A DNA stretch of 63,795 nucleotides, the filler included, from Choristocarpus tenellus KU-1152 (lineage: Eukaryota; Protista; Phaeophyceae): assembly GCA_964200185.2 (NCBI GenBank). It is 11 parts of 11 records of this genome, joined end to end, with 100 filler letters (N's around TTAATTAATTAA, not from the genome) between each part and the next. Parts side by side here need not be neighbours in the genome. Positions count along the whole stretch, not along the records: positions 37,454 to 48,225 come from CAXNAD020002720.1; positions 48,326 to 53,590 come from CAXNAD020011317.1; 9 more parts are not named here. One strand, given 5' to 3'. The position numbers and the translations under genes were made by a program. A model generated the notes under the pieces. That model had not been told where the DNA came from, made no database searches, and worked only from the letters and a program-made list of their open reading frames with translations. Positions 37,549-52,010 of the stretch are shown here, piece after piece; position 1 is the first letter of the stretch; the number at the start of each line of letters is the position of its first letter.

Positions 37549-40500
37549 GCTTGGGTGAATAAACTTCCCGGTGGTGATCTCACTGGCTACTGGCCTCTAC
37601 GGGGTGATTTTGAGGTGGAACATGACAACGATGCGGAAAAGGTGTCAGTGGCTGTTTTTCCTACCCAGGACTTGGCTCTCCTCTGGTTTATATGTTGGTA
37701 TTTGGGGGGGTTGGTGGTGCCAGGGATATGTCTGATGATGGTTGGACAATCATTGCTTCTTTGTATTCAGTTTTTTTTTTAGTAGTAGATTTTCTGTATC
37801 ATAGTGTTGGCCAGTCATGCTGTCTATTGAGGAGCATTCAGAGCACTGGAATGTTTTTTTTTTCTATGGGTATTTTTTTTGCGTATGTGTTTTTTTTTCT
37901 GTGAAGAGGTGATTGATGATTTGTGCTGTTGGCAACATTGTCATATTGAACACTTTTGTAATTGTATGGTTAATATATGTATAGTAAATGTATGAAAGTG
38001 TAACAGTGAGACTACCCCTATTATTTTATTTAGCAACAGTTGTTGTCTGGGGTTCAAGGGTGACTGAGACCTCCTAACTAAGACCCTCCACCTCCCCACT
38101 CCCTGCCACTGCCACTGACTGTGCCTTGTGATTTTGATGCTGTGGTATGGTGTTTTTTTTCTTGATGAAATTGTTCTCAGCTTCTGGCAGACATGGAGTT
38201 TACCCAATCAGACCACCCCAATGAGAAGAAGCTGAAGCTGGATGTGATCGCAGTGTACAATCAAAGGCTGGATGAGAGGGAGAGGTGTGATGCGTGCTAT
38301 GTTCTCTTTCAGCTTTGCATTTGTAGCTGTAAGCCAAGGGTTCAGTAGTATTTTGATGCACTCTCTGTGATGTTCCTTTTCTTATTCATTGTCTACTATT
38401 GCCTTCCTATTGGTGTTTGTCCTTAGTCGATGACCTTCTTGTCCCCCCCCCCCCCCCCCCCCCAACTTCCCTGGTGATGTTTTACTGTGCAGGCGAAAGA
38501 AGTTTGTCATGGATCACAAGTTGCTGGACTTCAAGAAGCAGAACGCCGCCAAGAAGCGCCTCAAGGTGTACCAAACCCTGTTACTTGTTGCTAGCCCCAC
38601 TGCTGTCAAAGAAATTTCTTCTTGGTTAGAGATACAACATTCTTCCCCCCCTGTGCATCACTCGTCACGTGACCTGTGATGTTGCTGTGTCTCTGTGAAA
38701 TGTTTTAGTTTGCCCTTGCCCCTCTGTCTGTGGCTTCACAGTGTTATCTGAATGTCTTGTGTGTGTGTGTAGTTGGTACCATGAATAATATGCTTATTGA
38801 AAAGTGTATGTAATTGTGACCTATGCATGTACATACATTACACTGATGTGAAGTGGGAGTGCGTCCGAGTTGTTCGCACTATTGTTCTTGTAACTTCCTA
38901 CTTCGGGTACAATATATATTTTCTTATTAGTACTACATAATATATAAACAATTCTGCGATACATTTACATCTTAAAAAAAAGGTTTTTATTTGCATCTGC
39001 TTTATGTGTAATGAAGCAAGAAAATGAAAATGAATGATACCACTGACGTTTAGCTTTCATCTAAGAGTGATGTCTTTTTTAAAGTTGGTAGTGCTAATAG
39101 TCATAAACCATCAAAAATGTACTAAATGACAAATCTCTGACTCCGTTGTTGCTTATTTGATTTAATCCCTCTCACTTTCTTAATTTTTCTTGGGCAGGAG
39201 GATCGTGACCTCATTGCTCGTTGTCGTCCCTTTGCAAGGTTCCAGAGTCCAGAGGAGCACGAGGAACTGATAGAAGATCTACTGCTTGCCAAGCGTCTCA
39301 GGTACTTAGTTGGGGGGTGTTAAGTGCGTGTCTTGAGATTTTGTTCATTTTAGTTATTGTTGGAGATGGGGGTGGGGGATCTCGGTAGTACTGTGATACA
39401 GGGTTAAGTTTTTTTTTTGTTTTTTGTTGTGATACTGTGGTTGGTGTTAGAGTTGTGGTTGTTGGACTCTTGGTTAGGGTTAGGGTTAGAAATGCTTGTT
39501 AAGGGTTAGGGTTAGTTAGGGTTAGAAAATGTGGTAGAGATAAAGGTAGGGTTTAGTTTGGTTTGGTAAGTGAGTCTATGGGACAGACAAGGCAACTACT
39601 ACTGTATGCTACTACTGTATTGTAGGTACAGTTTATGGTTGATGTACAGCAGGGTTCGTGTTAGCGTTAGGGTTAGGGTTAAGTGCAGAATTGTACTCTT
39701 TATTGATGATACAATTGAAACAATTTGTGTGTACATCATTCTTGGGTCTAGAATGGTTGTAATGGGGGTGCAGGGATGAAGGGATGTTCTCTGTTTTTTG
39801 TTTCAAAGTGCTTGTAGGATAACTTTGTGCTGTTGTTGCACTTCTGAGGTACACCTTTTTGATGGTAGATTGTTGTATTTGTTGCTGTGTGGTTTTCACT
39901 TGCAGTAGAAGAAAGAGGGGCGTACAATTATGTCCACATCTTTGTTATCCTTCAGAGTCTTGAAAACATTTTTTCAATTTAATCCATCATTGTGTTGGAT
40001 TGTTTATTTTTTTCAATTATTGGAATTTGGAATGTCACTGCTCATCAAACTAATATTTTGATAGACTAGAATGTGAATATTTTTGTAAGAAGATGCAATT
40101 GTTTGAAAAATAAAAGGTGAGCCAGCACTCTGCTGAATAAGCTGAAAAAAGTGTCATTCTGATGGTATAGTTCAACTGACCTTGCTGGGATCTTTAGGTC
40201 GATACTTGAAGGCAATGAGATTGAAGATTTCAAATTGTGGCTCACTTTGTGTCTCCCTTTCTAGGGAGCTGCATAATATTGAGAGGTGTCTGCTGGTTTT
40301 AAGTGTGAGGAGATGAAATGAGGAGTTCAAGTTGGAGAGATGAGGTTGAAGGGAAGTACAATAAATACTTCTTATTGATGCAAGATTGTTGATAGTTCAA
40401 GTGTCTACATACATTCACACGCACAGACATTAGTGGGTGTCTAGATCATTGATAGGCGTTTTGTTTGTGTCCTTTTGTTGATGTAAATTTCAGGGCACGT

Positions 40501-42459
40501 ATCGAACAGCTCCAGGGGTACCGAGAGAAGGGTATAGCCACACTGGAGGAGGCGAGTGAGTTTGAGGCTCAAAAGAAGCGGAAGGCTGAAGAGGTGAGGG
40601 GGTGAGGGGGGTGTCTGCTGCAATGCTTTTCTGCCTTGGTCTGTGCTTGTGTTTTTAGACTTTTTAACACAGAGAGGGAAGGGGTACCTGTATCAATAAT
40701 TGGACCTGGTCGTGGGTTACTGTTAGGCTGGAAACCTGATAGGCATGTTTAGTTGGTGGATTGGGGCATTGGCAGGTGTTGGAGAATGAATGGCAAGGTG
40801 TGGGGGGGGGAGGGGGAGGGGAGGGGGGGATGGAGTTATATGGAGATGTTTACGGTAATCTTTTTTTGTCCAACTGTGATGAGTCGATTTTGTGAATAGT
40901 ATGGTGGGGTGGTGGATGACCTTGTGCGTAGTGGTTTTTGCTAAGTTGAAGAGAGTGACTACTGAGCACTGATATGTGAGAGTTCAAATTGTTTTGGGCA
41001 CTGAGTATCCTTAACTCTGTGAGAAGTGTATCTATGGCAAAATTTGATGAAGCAAAAGGCACCCTGGATAGGGGTTACCTTTTGAAAGATCAATGCTTGA
41101 CACTAGCCTTGTAGTTACTGGTGTGTGTAAGGACCTGCTCATCTGGGGGCTTGTAGTGAAAGTATTAGCTGGAATATGCTCTGAAACCTTTGCCATCTAG
41201 GGAGAAATGGCCCGTGGAACTTTTTGCAAGTTTGTACTGTCTGAATGAATGATGGTTCCATCAACCATATCAGCAACCTTTTTGACTGCCTGAGTTTTTG
41301 TGTAAATATTTGAGTTGGGGAAATGGGACCGTCCAGAGACTGCCTCGATGCAGTGTGGTTCTTAAAGCTGTGGTCAATGCAGCAGTTCTTGCATGGAGGG
41401 CTTCCAATGGTAAGTACGGCATTTGATTGAAGTCACACTGTAACAGCTGAATGTGCACAGTTTCTTTTTGGTATCATCGTAAGGTGTTGTATATTTTTTT
41501 GTATCTCTCTCTATATATTTTTAAGCAGTGAGTATATCATAATGCACAGCTTGGATGGTGGTCTTTTTTTTCTTGGTTGTGTTTTTTTTTTTTTGGCACT
41601 TTTTTCATCGATTTGAGTTTGAATCAGGTTTAAAAAATTGAGGGTTCGGGGATAACTAGTTGAGCGAATTTTATTTTGCAGGCTCTTTTGCACCAGATTT
41701 CCAGATATTGTTATCTGAAAGGGGATTTTATTTTTTTATTTAATGTATTGAGTGTGTTTGATCACGTGCAACAATCTGTTTGAGAAGAGAGGGGGGTTTT
41801 GAATTTTGGAACAAGATGGTCGCTACTACCTTTGAGTGTGTTGCTAGTTCAAGGCGAAATTCAGGATTCCCCCACTAAGCATCTGTATGCCATGTGCAGT
41901 TTGTTTGTGGGGTCACCTTAATGCCAGTGGTCATGTGCACAATTTGGCTTTTAGGAACGTAAATTTTCCACACCTTGAGGAGGCCTTTTTTTGTTTCCAG
42001 TTTTCCGATTTTTTTTTCCTTGGTTCTATGTTTTATGTTGTGTACCTAGTGGTCTGTGCTCCCTGCCCCTGCCCGCCACTCTATGTATGTTTTTTTTTGT
42101 TTCTTTATAGATTGCGGCAAAGAAGCACAAGGAGGCTGCGGGGTACTTGTATGACACCTACAACACCAAGAATGGATCCAACAGGGAACGCAGCAACAGA
42201 TACCACAACCGTGCCAAGGTGTGCTGGTTGTTGATGTGGCAGGGGCATGCCTCTGGTGCATAGATGCAGTTATGTTGGATGTTTTGTCACAAAAAGAATC
42301 AGAACAGAATCTTGTGAGTAGTGTGAATCAGACCGTTGTTGCCAACTCTGATTGCGATATTGACCACACTGGGATGAAGGAGGGTATAGTTGTTTGGTTT
42401 TGTGTTGTTTGTGAATGCTTTGTTTGTACTCTTGGTCTGGAAGATATTTCCACACGCAT

Positions 42460-42513
<54 letters not shown>

Positions 42514-43586
42514 TTGTTGGTTGATGGCTTGTTTGTTTACTGATACACAGGATGGGGATGGTTTGGTTACCCCTGGGGAAGGGGGGCACAACGGCAAGGA
42601 GGGTAAACGACTTGACCTCTCCAACGCCCCTGGAGTGGACCTGCTGAGCAATGAGGAGAGAGAGCTCTGTTCCACCCTTTTGATGCTCCCCCACTACTAC
42701 ATTGCTGTTAAGGTACATTAACGTGCACATAGAGACATATTTTTGAGCATAAACTATGTTGAAGAGTTGGTGAATGCTGTACTTGCATTCCCATTTGGTG
42801 ATTTGCACACTTAGGTCAACTACTGATAAAGTTTGGCTCTAGTATTATCCCGGAAGGTGTGGCTGTATTCAGTGGGTAACGCCCATTGTCTGCAGAACAC
42901 CTCAGTTTATTTGCTCTCTAGTATTTGTTGTGTGTATCTATTGCTTACAACAATGACTGATACGATTTGCTCTATTGCTATTGGTTCAATTTTGTTCTTT
43001 ATCTTCTCGAAACCCGTGGTGAGAGGGTTGTGAAGCAGGAGAGTGATGAATGGAAAATTTGGGGTACAAGAAGGAACAATGCAAAGAGAAGAACTGTTTT
43101 TCAAGGACGGCTCTTGCTCATCGGATTGATTTAATTCACTAGCAAATGCTCAGGATTATTGGTCGATAGTGACAGTTGTGTGGCAAATGCCTTGATGTGT
43201 ACTGCTCTACATAGGGATGTCAAAGGGTGATATATAGGGTGTTCCATTCTCCTGGAATTGGAGGTCTGTTCCTGTGCCCTTATGTTTGTGCAAGGTCATG
43301 CCTTTGACAATTGTAGTGTTGGCGTTTTTTCCTTCCCCCCCCCCTCCCGTCCCACCTCACCATAGAGCACCGGGTCAAGACTAATTCCACTGAGTGTAGG
43401 GTAAGTGTACTTGGATGGAGCATGTTGCTTGGATTGTGTCTGTGTCTCTCCTTGCCGCCTGCTAACCCACACACACGGTTCTTAGAAGTATTTTCTTTTT
43501 CAGACAGATAGTGCTGTGTATCGAATTTGAACCTCTTTTTTTTTTTTTTTTTTGGGTGTGGGTTGGGGTTTTTTTGGTTTTGGTTT

Positions 43587-43622
<36 letters not shown>

Positions 43623-45529
43623 GGGGGGGGGGGCGGGGAATTTGCAGGTGTAGTCAGTGCCTTGTGTCTTATCATGTATTGTATTTTGGTCTTCTCTTTG
43701 CGTCAATGTAGTAGCTTCAGCTCTTGTCCGTAGGTTCATCCTGGGATGGCTTGGTTCTTTCTGTGTGTTGTATAGGGTAGTGTCTGTATGTGTTTATTTC
43801 TGTGTTGATCGTCTCCATTTGGTTGTAAATTAGCTGTGGTGGTGGTGGCGGTGGTATCCTTGTTCGAATTTTTGTCCTTTGAAGATCTATAGGAAGCCTT
43901 CAAAGTTGTAGTCCACCTCAAGATAACAATTTTTTTTTCCATGTTGGGATTGTTCCTCGTCCAGTAGGAATTCCAACACGATATGATTTTCCCCAATATT
44001 ATTTGAATGATTGGGCATCTATTAATAGCTGCCCCAAGAATGAGGTGAGCGTTTAGTTGCTGAGGGCAACCCACCTTTATTGCCATCTTTATTGCCACCT
44101 TTATTGCCCTTTGCATAGAGTGTTTCCTCGATGTTGAGTTTTTTTTTTTCTGTCCAGTTCTGTTTCTGTATCTGAGTAATCTTGTGTGTGTTCAGACTCA
44201 CGCATTTTCTATTTATTGATATATTTGCTGGGGTTTGATTTGAGACTTCTGTGGCTAGAGCAGTTAAGTAGTACTGCTTTGCTTAGCTGAGGAAACGTTT
44301 TCACCGAGTAGTCATTAAGGAACATGTTCAAGAAGAGGTTTTATATCTATTACCTCTTCTTGGGTTTGAATTGATTCGCCGTGGAAGTGGCACGTGGCTC
44401 ATTTATACTTGGATGCATTACTCTCTTCTGACCCAGCCCTACCCCTTGTGTTCTCTTACCCCCCTCCCCCACCTCCTTTGGTGATAGAATGTCATGATGC
44501 AGACATGTATGAAACAGGGCTACCTGAGAAAGGCATCTGCAAAGAAGCTGGTATCGCTGGAGACTACCCGAACAGAAAAGGTGAGTTTTTCTTCTTTTTT
44601 TTCTTGTTAGTATTGGTTGGTTCGACCAATCGCCTTTGTGCTTTCCGCCCCTGTTCCCATGAAGCAGTTGGGCAAAAGGCTAGCTGAAGTGTGTGAGGGG
44701 TGGTGCTGTAAAAATTCATCCTCAACCCGGTGCAAGAAAAAAAAATAAAGGATGAAACCGTTTCTGATTTGTTCTGACACATCCCCGAAGAAGCCCTCGA
44801 GATACATGTTGAGATCATATTTTTTATTATTCTTTCCCCACGTAGAATGTGTTTACAGTCGGTTTACACAGGTCTGTGCTTTGAATCCCTTGGGGTGGTG
44901 GCTCGTGAGAATGTTCCTCCTCTTCCCCCGTTTTTCTATCCCCATTAAATTATTGATATTGCTCCCCTGCCTTGCAGTTAGACCCTCACCCCTACACTAT
45001 GTCACTCTTTCCACTACTAGTCACGTTGCCTAAATAGAAGGCTTCAGGTGTTTGTCCTCTGGAATTTTTTTTTAGTACTGATTGAACTGTAGGCGTGTGC
45101 TGCACGGTTGAAGAGGGCCCTATGCCCTTCTCCCCAATGACTAGCGAATTCATACCTAGCCTTACTCCTTCCATGCTTGTCAGCATTGTACTGTGGTTGA
45201 CATCCTATTTCTCATACATACACAGGTATGACACATTGTTAGGTTCTCATGTGCAAGTACGTCTCTCGCTGTGACAGGGCTAATGATACTAGTACAAGGT
45301 GGTAATAAGAGTGAGGGGTACAAATGTAGTAGTGGAATAGCCTGTGTGGAACTCTTATCCGATAGGTTTGGCTTGCCTTGCCTTGCAATCTCAGCTACCT
45401 GTTGATCACAGTAAGCCGCCCCCATCATCCGCTGCTCTCTACCTTGTCCAGATGTATGATTTCTTTGTGTCATGTGGGTGGGTTGTCTCTGAACCCAAGA
45501 GGCTGGAGTACTTCTATGACAGGGGTTGA
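37549..45529 (+). CDS. ADA2: Transcriptional adapter 2 (SAGA/ADA subunit), nine 3' exons including the SWIRM domain
   Basis: Exons 37549-37641, 38181-38284, 38493-38565, 39198-39301, 40494-40593, 42111-42218, 42551-42712, 44488-44580 and 45452-45529 (TGA), all GT-AG and in phase. Product: [98 protein letters not shown]. The ZZ/SANT exons lie off the contig. Confidence 0.93.
39474..39680 (+). repeat. Degenerate interstitial TTAGGG repeats in an ADA2 intron
   Basis: Several TTAGGGTTAGGG / GGGTTAG blocks at 39474-39555 and 39650-39680. Confidence 0.7.
42461..42510. repeat. (CA)25 microsatellite
   Basis: Read directly; shorter (CA)n tracts at ~3632-3653 and ~6095-6117. Confidence 0.95.
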
Positions 45530-46772
45530 GGATAATCACGTTCTCTTGGTTTGGGCTACGAGGTTTGTGTTGGTGACTCTCCCTATGGCACCTTAGTCTC
45601 AAATCACAGTTCTGGTGTAACCACCGTAGTCTGTCCAAACCTTGGAGGGTATGTATCAAGCATCTGTCATGTACACTGCGGTTTGTTGAAGTGTGTGATC
45701 ATCAACAGTGTTGACTGGTTGATTTTCAAATCATTTGCGAAGTATGATGACATGAAGTGGGGTATGACCAGACATTGTGTGTGGGTGTAGGCCTTCTTTC
45801 TCCCTCCCCTGCACCAATGTTCTCATATATATATTTTTTGTTGAGAGAGCAGAACCTCTTTTTCGTTGCAGGATTGTATCGTTGTCCGCGGTTGTCATGT
45901 GCACTCTGTGTGTGTGTGTTATGTGTGCAGGATTGGGGCATTCGCATGAGAGGACTGGATGGAAGGAGTTAATGTCAGTTGTAAGCTGTAACCAATCGCC
46001 TTACTGATGTCGATTGTGTTATCAGTGATACTGTCTTGTGCGGGGATGATTGTTTATGTAAGAGGTTTGTTTCAGTGACGACTCACTACTGGGCATAATG
46101 TTTTGTCTGATGCATGGATGCGGATGGTGGGTGAGAATGAACAAAAAAAAATGACTGCCATGCCATGATGGAGGGTGGGGTTTTTGTATCAGTTGTCGTG
46201 ACCTTGGGGTGACTTGGGTGGGTGGTTGCCAGTTTTGGAATTTTTATTTTTTTATGGTGTTATTCCTCCCCCTAGGCTGTATAGTATATTTGCTTGTGTC
46301 TGTTTTTGTCCTTGGATCAAAATTATCATGTGCATCCATGGTTGCTTCCTTCCAAATGAGGTGGCAAACATTGTAACTCAGAGAGCTAATTGTCTATGAA
46401 GAATAGAGACAAGAACAAGGAATATACCATGTGACCAGATCCAACTAAAATATGGGCAATATGATTGGTCACTGCCTCTCTGACCAATCAGTGATGAGGA
46501 CTGGAGGAGAGGATTGCGGTGATAAGGTAGGTAGGCCTTCAACCTGGAATCAGACCCTGCCGAAGTACTGTGCAAGTTTTACATCTTTCTGTTGCAGTCC
46601 TTCATGAAAACATTGTTCAAAATGGATATCATGATGATGGTGGCTATCAAAATGAAACATATGTATGTTGATGTGTACCCCAGAGTAGAAAGGAGGTATA
46701 CTACCTCTGTGCCGTAAGTCCGTGCTGCGTTGTCCATAACTTTTGAAGATGATGAAATTCATTTCTGCAAGA

Positions 46773-47028
46773 GAGTGAAAGTATCTTAGAGGGTACGATT
46801 TTTGCCCTGTTTGTCCATATGGGACTTGGCTTGCCACAGGTGTTTTATGAAATTTTCCTACTCCGATATGTTTCGGAGTAGGTAAAATTTGCACGTGATG
46901 AAAAGGTGTGTCCGGAACAAGGATACTGACACTTCCTCAAAAACATGAGTCAAAATTACATCAAAATCAGAACATTCGAATTTGACCCCAAAATGGACGC
47001 GGCTCTACCCTCTAAGATACTTTGGCTC
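46773..47028. mobile_element. MITE family B, full length (256 bp)
   Basis: TIRs GAGTGAAAGTATCTTAGAGGGTA ... TACCCTCTAAGATACTTTGGCTC, flanked by AAGA/AAGA. Confidence 0.88.
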
Positions 47029-48135
47029 AAGATTTGGAATCCTTGACGAATTTCTGGCTAGGGTCAGCTCTTTTTATTATTATAGCTCCCCATCCATCAC
47101 AATTTTATTAGTTACAGAAAAAGCCTCTATGTTAACCTTAAAAAAAATATGAAAAGCGGCAAGCCACAAGGAAGTATTTTGATGTAGGGTTGAAAGAGTA
47201 GGAATGGAGAGTAGAATGTAAAATATGCAACAGAGATGTGTTCGTCATGTGCCACTTCGTCCTTGTTGGAGGACCTTTAACAGAGTGTGGAAACCACACT
47301 GGCCTTTGCATGGCTTGGGTAAATGTTGAACCTATCCAGTGGCACCCCCAATAGTCCTCCAACTCCACGCATGTGTCTTGTCATGCTGTCCATCTGTCTC
47401 CTTTATGTGCATGGATGCATGAGCCTCTGGAGATCCTCCTGATTGATTTAGCGCTCAGTATTGACCAAATTACAAAAACTGCCCGAGGAACAGGCACAGC
47501 AGCAACAGGAAGGGTTAGATTTAGGTGGGAAACGAAAATGGTTGTAGTTTAAGAGCGCTTCGAACCCCTGCTGACAGGAGATGGGCTGACGTTGTGATGG
47601 GCGTACTAGGAGCACCAGTACAACTGCACAAGCTAACAATACCAGCAATATAGCTTACTGCTGTTATTGAAACTACAACTACTAACACCACCTCCAGTAC
47701 TGTCATAACAGGTAGTTGTATAATGGTAAGGACTACTGCGGTCACAACTACTCACTGTTAATGAAAACTACCAACACCACCACTCACTACTAAGAAAGAT
47801 GAGAAGAAACAAAATTCCGTTCTAGTTCGTACAAGAATGACCAACATCACAATCAGATAGTGTTGCTCACAGTCGCAGTGACCTTGGTGAGAAAAAAAGT
47901 ACAACCTTGGAAGAAGAAATATGTAGAAGCATGGAAAAGGAATGAGGAAGAGAAGCTGTGCTGGAAAAAGGAAGGGCTTGATATAATAGTGCGTAATTAA
48001 GCACTACTATATACTTATTATATTGTTTACAGTGCTTCACTCACATGGTGCATGAAAAGCAAGTAGACGGTATGATGAGCACCTTGTCAGTACTACAAGT
48101 AAATGAACCACGAATATCCCTTCCAAGGCACATGT

Positions 48136-48225
48136 GACCCAAAGTATCTGTGGGGGGGAGGGGGTCTACGCCAGGGTGTCCATTTGGACCAAAAGCAGGA
48201 AAAGTGCATCTACATTATCCATCCG
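48136..48225. mobile_element. MITE family A (reverse), cut by contig end
   Basis: GACCCAAAGTATCTGTGGGGGGGAGGGGGTCTACGCCAGGGTGTCCATTTG matches 27511 onward. Confidence 0.8.
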
Positions 48226-49638
48226 NNNNNNNNNNNNNNNNNNNNNNNNNNNNNNNNNNNNNNNNNNNNTTAATTAATTAANNNNNNNNNNNNNNNNNNN
48301 NNNNNNNNNNNNNNNNNNNNNNNNNCTCCGAGACTTCCCCCCCCCCTGGTGGTTTCTTCCACCCATTATCCTTCTCCACAACAAATGCTCCTACCCTTGT
48401 AGTTGATGCAAGAGGATCATTCTTATTGTAGAGGTTCATGTTCTTATACCTTTCACTACCCATCCTCTCCAGTCCAAGACGCCTCAAGGACCTTGCAATT
48501 TGCTGACTGCATCAATATAATCCCTCCACAAAGCGACCTGTAACCATGTTACTTATCCCTCTTTATTGACTGTGTGGCCCACCCCATACCATTAACCACA
48601 CTCTCCATCTCCACTAACGTGGGTGATGAGTCTTCTCCGTCCCAACTGAACCCTGTGTATGGCACCCTCACTTCTGGTCGTTCTAGACTGCCCTGTGGCA
48701 TGAATCAACTCTTTTATTCCGCAAATGCCTCACTTGGCAACATATATTCTTGAACACTCTATGTTTCCCTGTTCTTCGATTACTACATAGAGGGATGACA
48801 TGACCATCTTGGTCCCTAAGAAGCGCCTTATGAACTCTTTATCTATGAAGAGATTGTCCCCAACTCTGAGATGTAACTTTGTAGTTGAGGCTGCCTTCTA
48901 ATGTCCAGTTTCAGCAATCACCCAGAATTTCATCTTCACTCGGAAACATCCTCGGTTTCTCACCTGTAAACGGCACAGACTTAATGGCAATCCTATGATT
49001 TTCACACCTCATCTCGGATCTTGTACAAACTAGTCATGGCACTAAATGAGAGTGCTACCTAGCAAGTTGACTATACCTAAAAAGGACAATACCATTTCCC
49101 CTTGTTTGACATTGGTGTAGATTTATCCCACTTTAGATGAGGTCGTGAGCTCTGCTTCACATCATCGTCTACTCTACCTCTCAGATTTTTTTACCTTGAT
49201 ACTGTAACCAACATATCGTCCAATGTACAGTATTCCAGTGCATGATGTTCAGAACCGTTGTACATTTCTACAGCATCAACTATAACGAACTTTATTATCA
49301 AATCGAGGTTTGTACAGTCTCAATACTTCTCTGTTGTGTCACACAAGCAATCAACCCTAACCCTTGACAATCAGGACAAGAATAAAAGAGGCATGGTGGT
49401 CATCACAGGCCATCACAGTCATCACAGGAATTCTCGTTGACCACCTAACAAAGAAATGCAATAAACTGACCGCGTCAGATATTGGACATGGGATTAAGTT
49501 CAATGCTGCTAACACCAGTCTCACCTTCATACGCAAATAAGGTGTCTTCCTTGGACTTGTAGTATACATTACACGATTCTGTCACGATCTCCTGCCAAGA
49601 GTCACCCTTCACATTGCTCGATTAGTCCACCAGTATAC

Positions 49639-49661
49639 TTAGGGTTAGGGTTAGGGTTAGG
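49639..49661 (+). repeat. Interstitial (TTAGGG)n
   Basis: TTAGGGTTAGGGTTAGGGTTAGG; another block at ~49974-49994. Confidence 0.75.
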
Positions 49662-52010
49662 CGGGTATCCACAGTAGCACCACCACATTTCATTTTTTTG
49701 TATTAATAGAATGCTTTCGTACTGAAGGCATCCTCTTCAGCAAAGCGGTTTCCACCTGCATACTTATGGAATGTGTTGCCCTCCAAGGGACCATCCAGGA
49801 AATGGATTACAACATCTTCGTGAGTCCCTCTAAGCCTTTGCACAAAAAGTCTCTCAAAAATGGCACCACATTCACAACAGAAAGCAGATAAAGCATGGCC
49901 TGTCCCGTCCCATCCCATCAGCAAGCCATTGCCTCCCCCAGCAGTACCACACTTCCATCGCACACTGAAACTGTTAGGGTTAGGGCTAGGGTTAGTACGG
50001 TCAACTATCTCCACCATGGTAGGGATATCACTCCTCTCTTGCCTGGTATGTGATTGACTCTTATATTATCACCTGCAGAATTGGGGTTACGAAATTGAGG
50101 GGGGGCGCCACACCATAGTGTACATTTAGTTTCAGGACTGATGCAAACACGGAAGCTCGCTTCATGTTACACCTCCACTGTGGGTGCACAAGTATCAACA
50201 ATACATGTGGGAGAGGGAGAGGGAGAATGTGGGAGAATGTGGCAACCAAGTGAAATGGGAGGGGTCAAGGTTGAGGGGAAACATGTGAGGTGGGGAGGGT
50301 GGCGATGATTGGATGAGGGTCAGATTAGATGCATGTACAGGCCAATTTCGTCGTGCCCACTGCTCTAGGGTACAGATAGTGTTCTCGCAGGAAAAGCAAC
50401 TGGTTCGACATTGCATTTGTGAAATCACAGCAGCCTCTTCTCACCTCCGTGTGGGTGATCTCTCTCAAGACTATCTTCTGTATCAAGTGTGCTCATAGCT
50501 AAGCGTGTTGGAGCCCCCTCTCCCAACTGCCTTTCTCCATCTTCAACCACATGAACATGAGTAACCACCACCGAATCAGCAACCTTCACCAGATTTCTAC
50601 CTCGTGCCCACTCCCTCACACTACGTGTATGGAGCCAAATACAACAGTGGAAGTAGGGGGTTTACTGCTTGACTCAATCAGGGCTACCTATTTCTAATTG
50701 CATCTTAAACAATTTCGCCAGAACTAAGCCTTCTTGACCCTTGCAACTGACGGCAATATCTACAAAAAGGACCCCCGCTATTCAAGTCATGAAATATGCG
50801 AACAGGTTTAATAAACACTTGTACTTGATACTATGAACACTACCATGTCATCAATTCAAATCATCTGTGTCCCTCTCCTCTTACACTTAAACTCCCGCAT
50901 AGGTTGCAAAAATTGTAAGAGTTTTTAGTCCCTCCCACTCCAGCACCACTCCAAAAAGCAGGAGTCATGGGTCCTGTGAACGAACACTGTCCTTTCACGG
51001 AAGGAGCTCAAATGGTTCCTATCATGGAGGCTCCGATCGCCAAGAAGAACCTTATTCCAGAAGGCCGGCAGTAGGTTCCTGCCTTGCATTTGCATATTGG
51101 GTGAGAAGAGGGAAAGTTGATGGAAATCTGATGCAAAAGATGTAAGCACCACTGGACAAACCCAATCTCATGCCATCTCGAAAAAATGCATCACTATCAA
51201 CGAAATTCTGGGAGCGAGATCATACGCATTAATCATATCCAATGACAGCCTGGCATCGCTCTAACTGCAATGTGCGCTCGGGAAAGTTCGATAATAGTCT
51301 GATGAGGTCTAAGACCACCTCCCAAACATTTTCACTCAATGGTTTACCACCTTCTTATTCTGAACACATTCTGATCCAACTCATGATCCCCTAATAACCT
51401 GTTTTTCAAATATGAATGGTGATCGGACCTTGGAAGTCACCTTGCCACGAACGCTTTCCCTGTTGTTTACCCAATCCACAGGCGTGCAATGCAATCCAAT
51501 GGTGATTGATAGATATATCTTCACACATACAAGGAATGACGCTATGCCTTTACCCATGCCATCTATCAACACAGGGCCATAATAGATATACACCTTTTCC
51601 TCCACCAAGCGTGTTCTCTACGCCAAAAAACTCGATATGACCTATGTCCCGCCTCAGAATGGACCACCAGTCCTCGGAACAATCCTACGAAAGTATTCAA
51701 TAACCCAGTAAGTATGAAGCCAGTACATCCTTCATCACCCACCTATCATTTCATTGGTCAACTCTCACGATTAGGACACATTGGGTGCACACCAAAGTCT
51801 TAACTATTTGTGTGAAATAAGGAGACTGTCCCATTTAAAGCAAATTTGATTAGATTAGATTAGAGACTTTTTGGGGTTATATGTTTCAAATTGGTGGTGA
51901 GTTCGTGTTAAGGCACGTACTGATTTGGTCTTTGTTCGAAGAAGTCTTGTTTCCTGGTCCGTAGTACTTAGATCTACCTAGCGAGTCTTTCCCTCTAATA
52001 ATACCTTTGT

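Noticed and set aside
43280-43739. Poly-Lys/poly-Phe ORFs
   Set aside because: These are translations of poly-T and poly-G tracts inside an ADA2 intron.
28313-45529. Agd3-like gene and ADA2 as a divergent gene pair
   Set aside because: They are separated by a linker at 37354-37453, so the adjacency is artificial.
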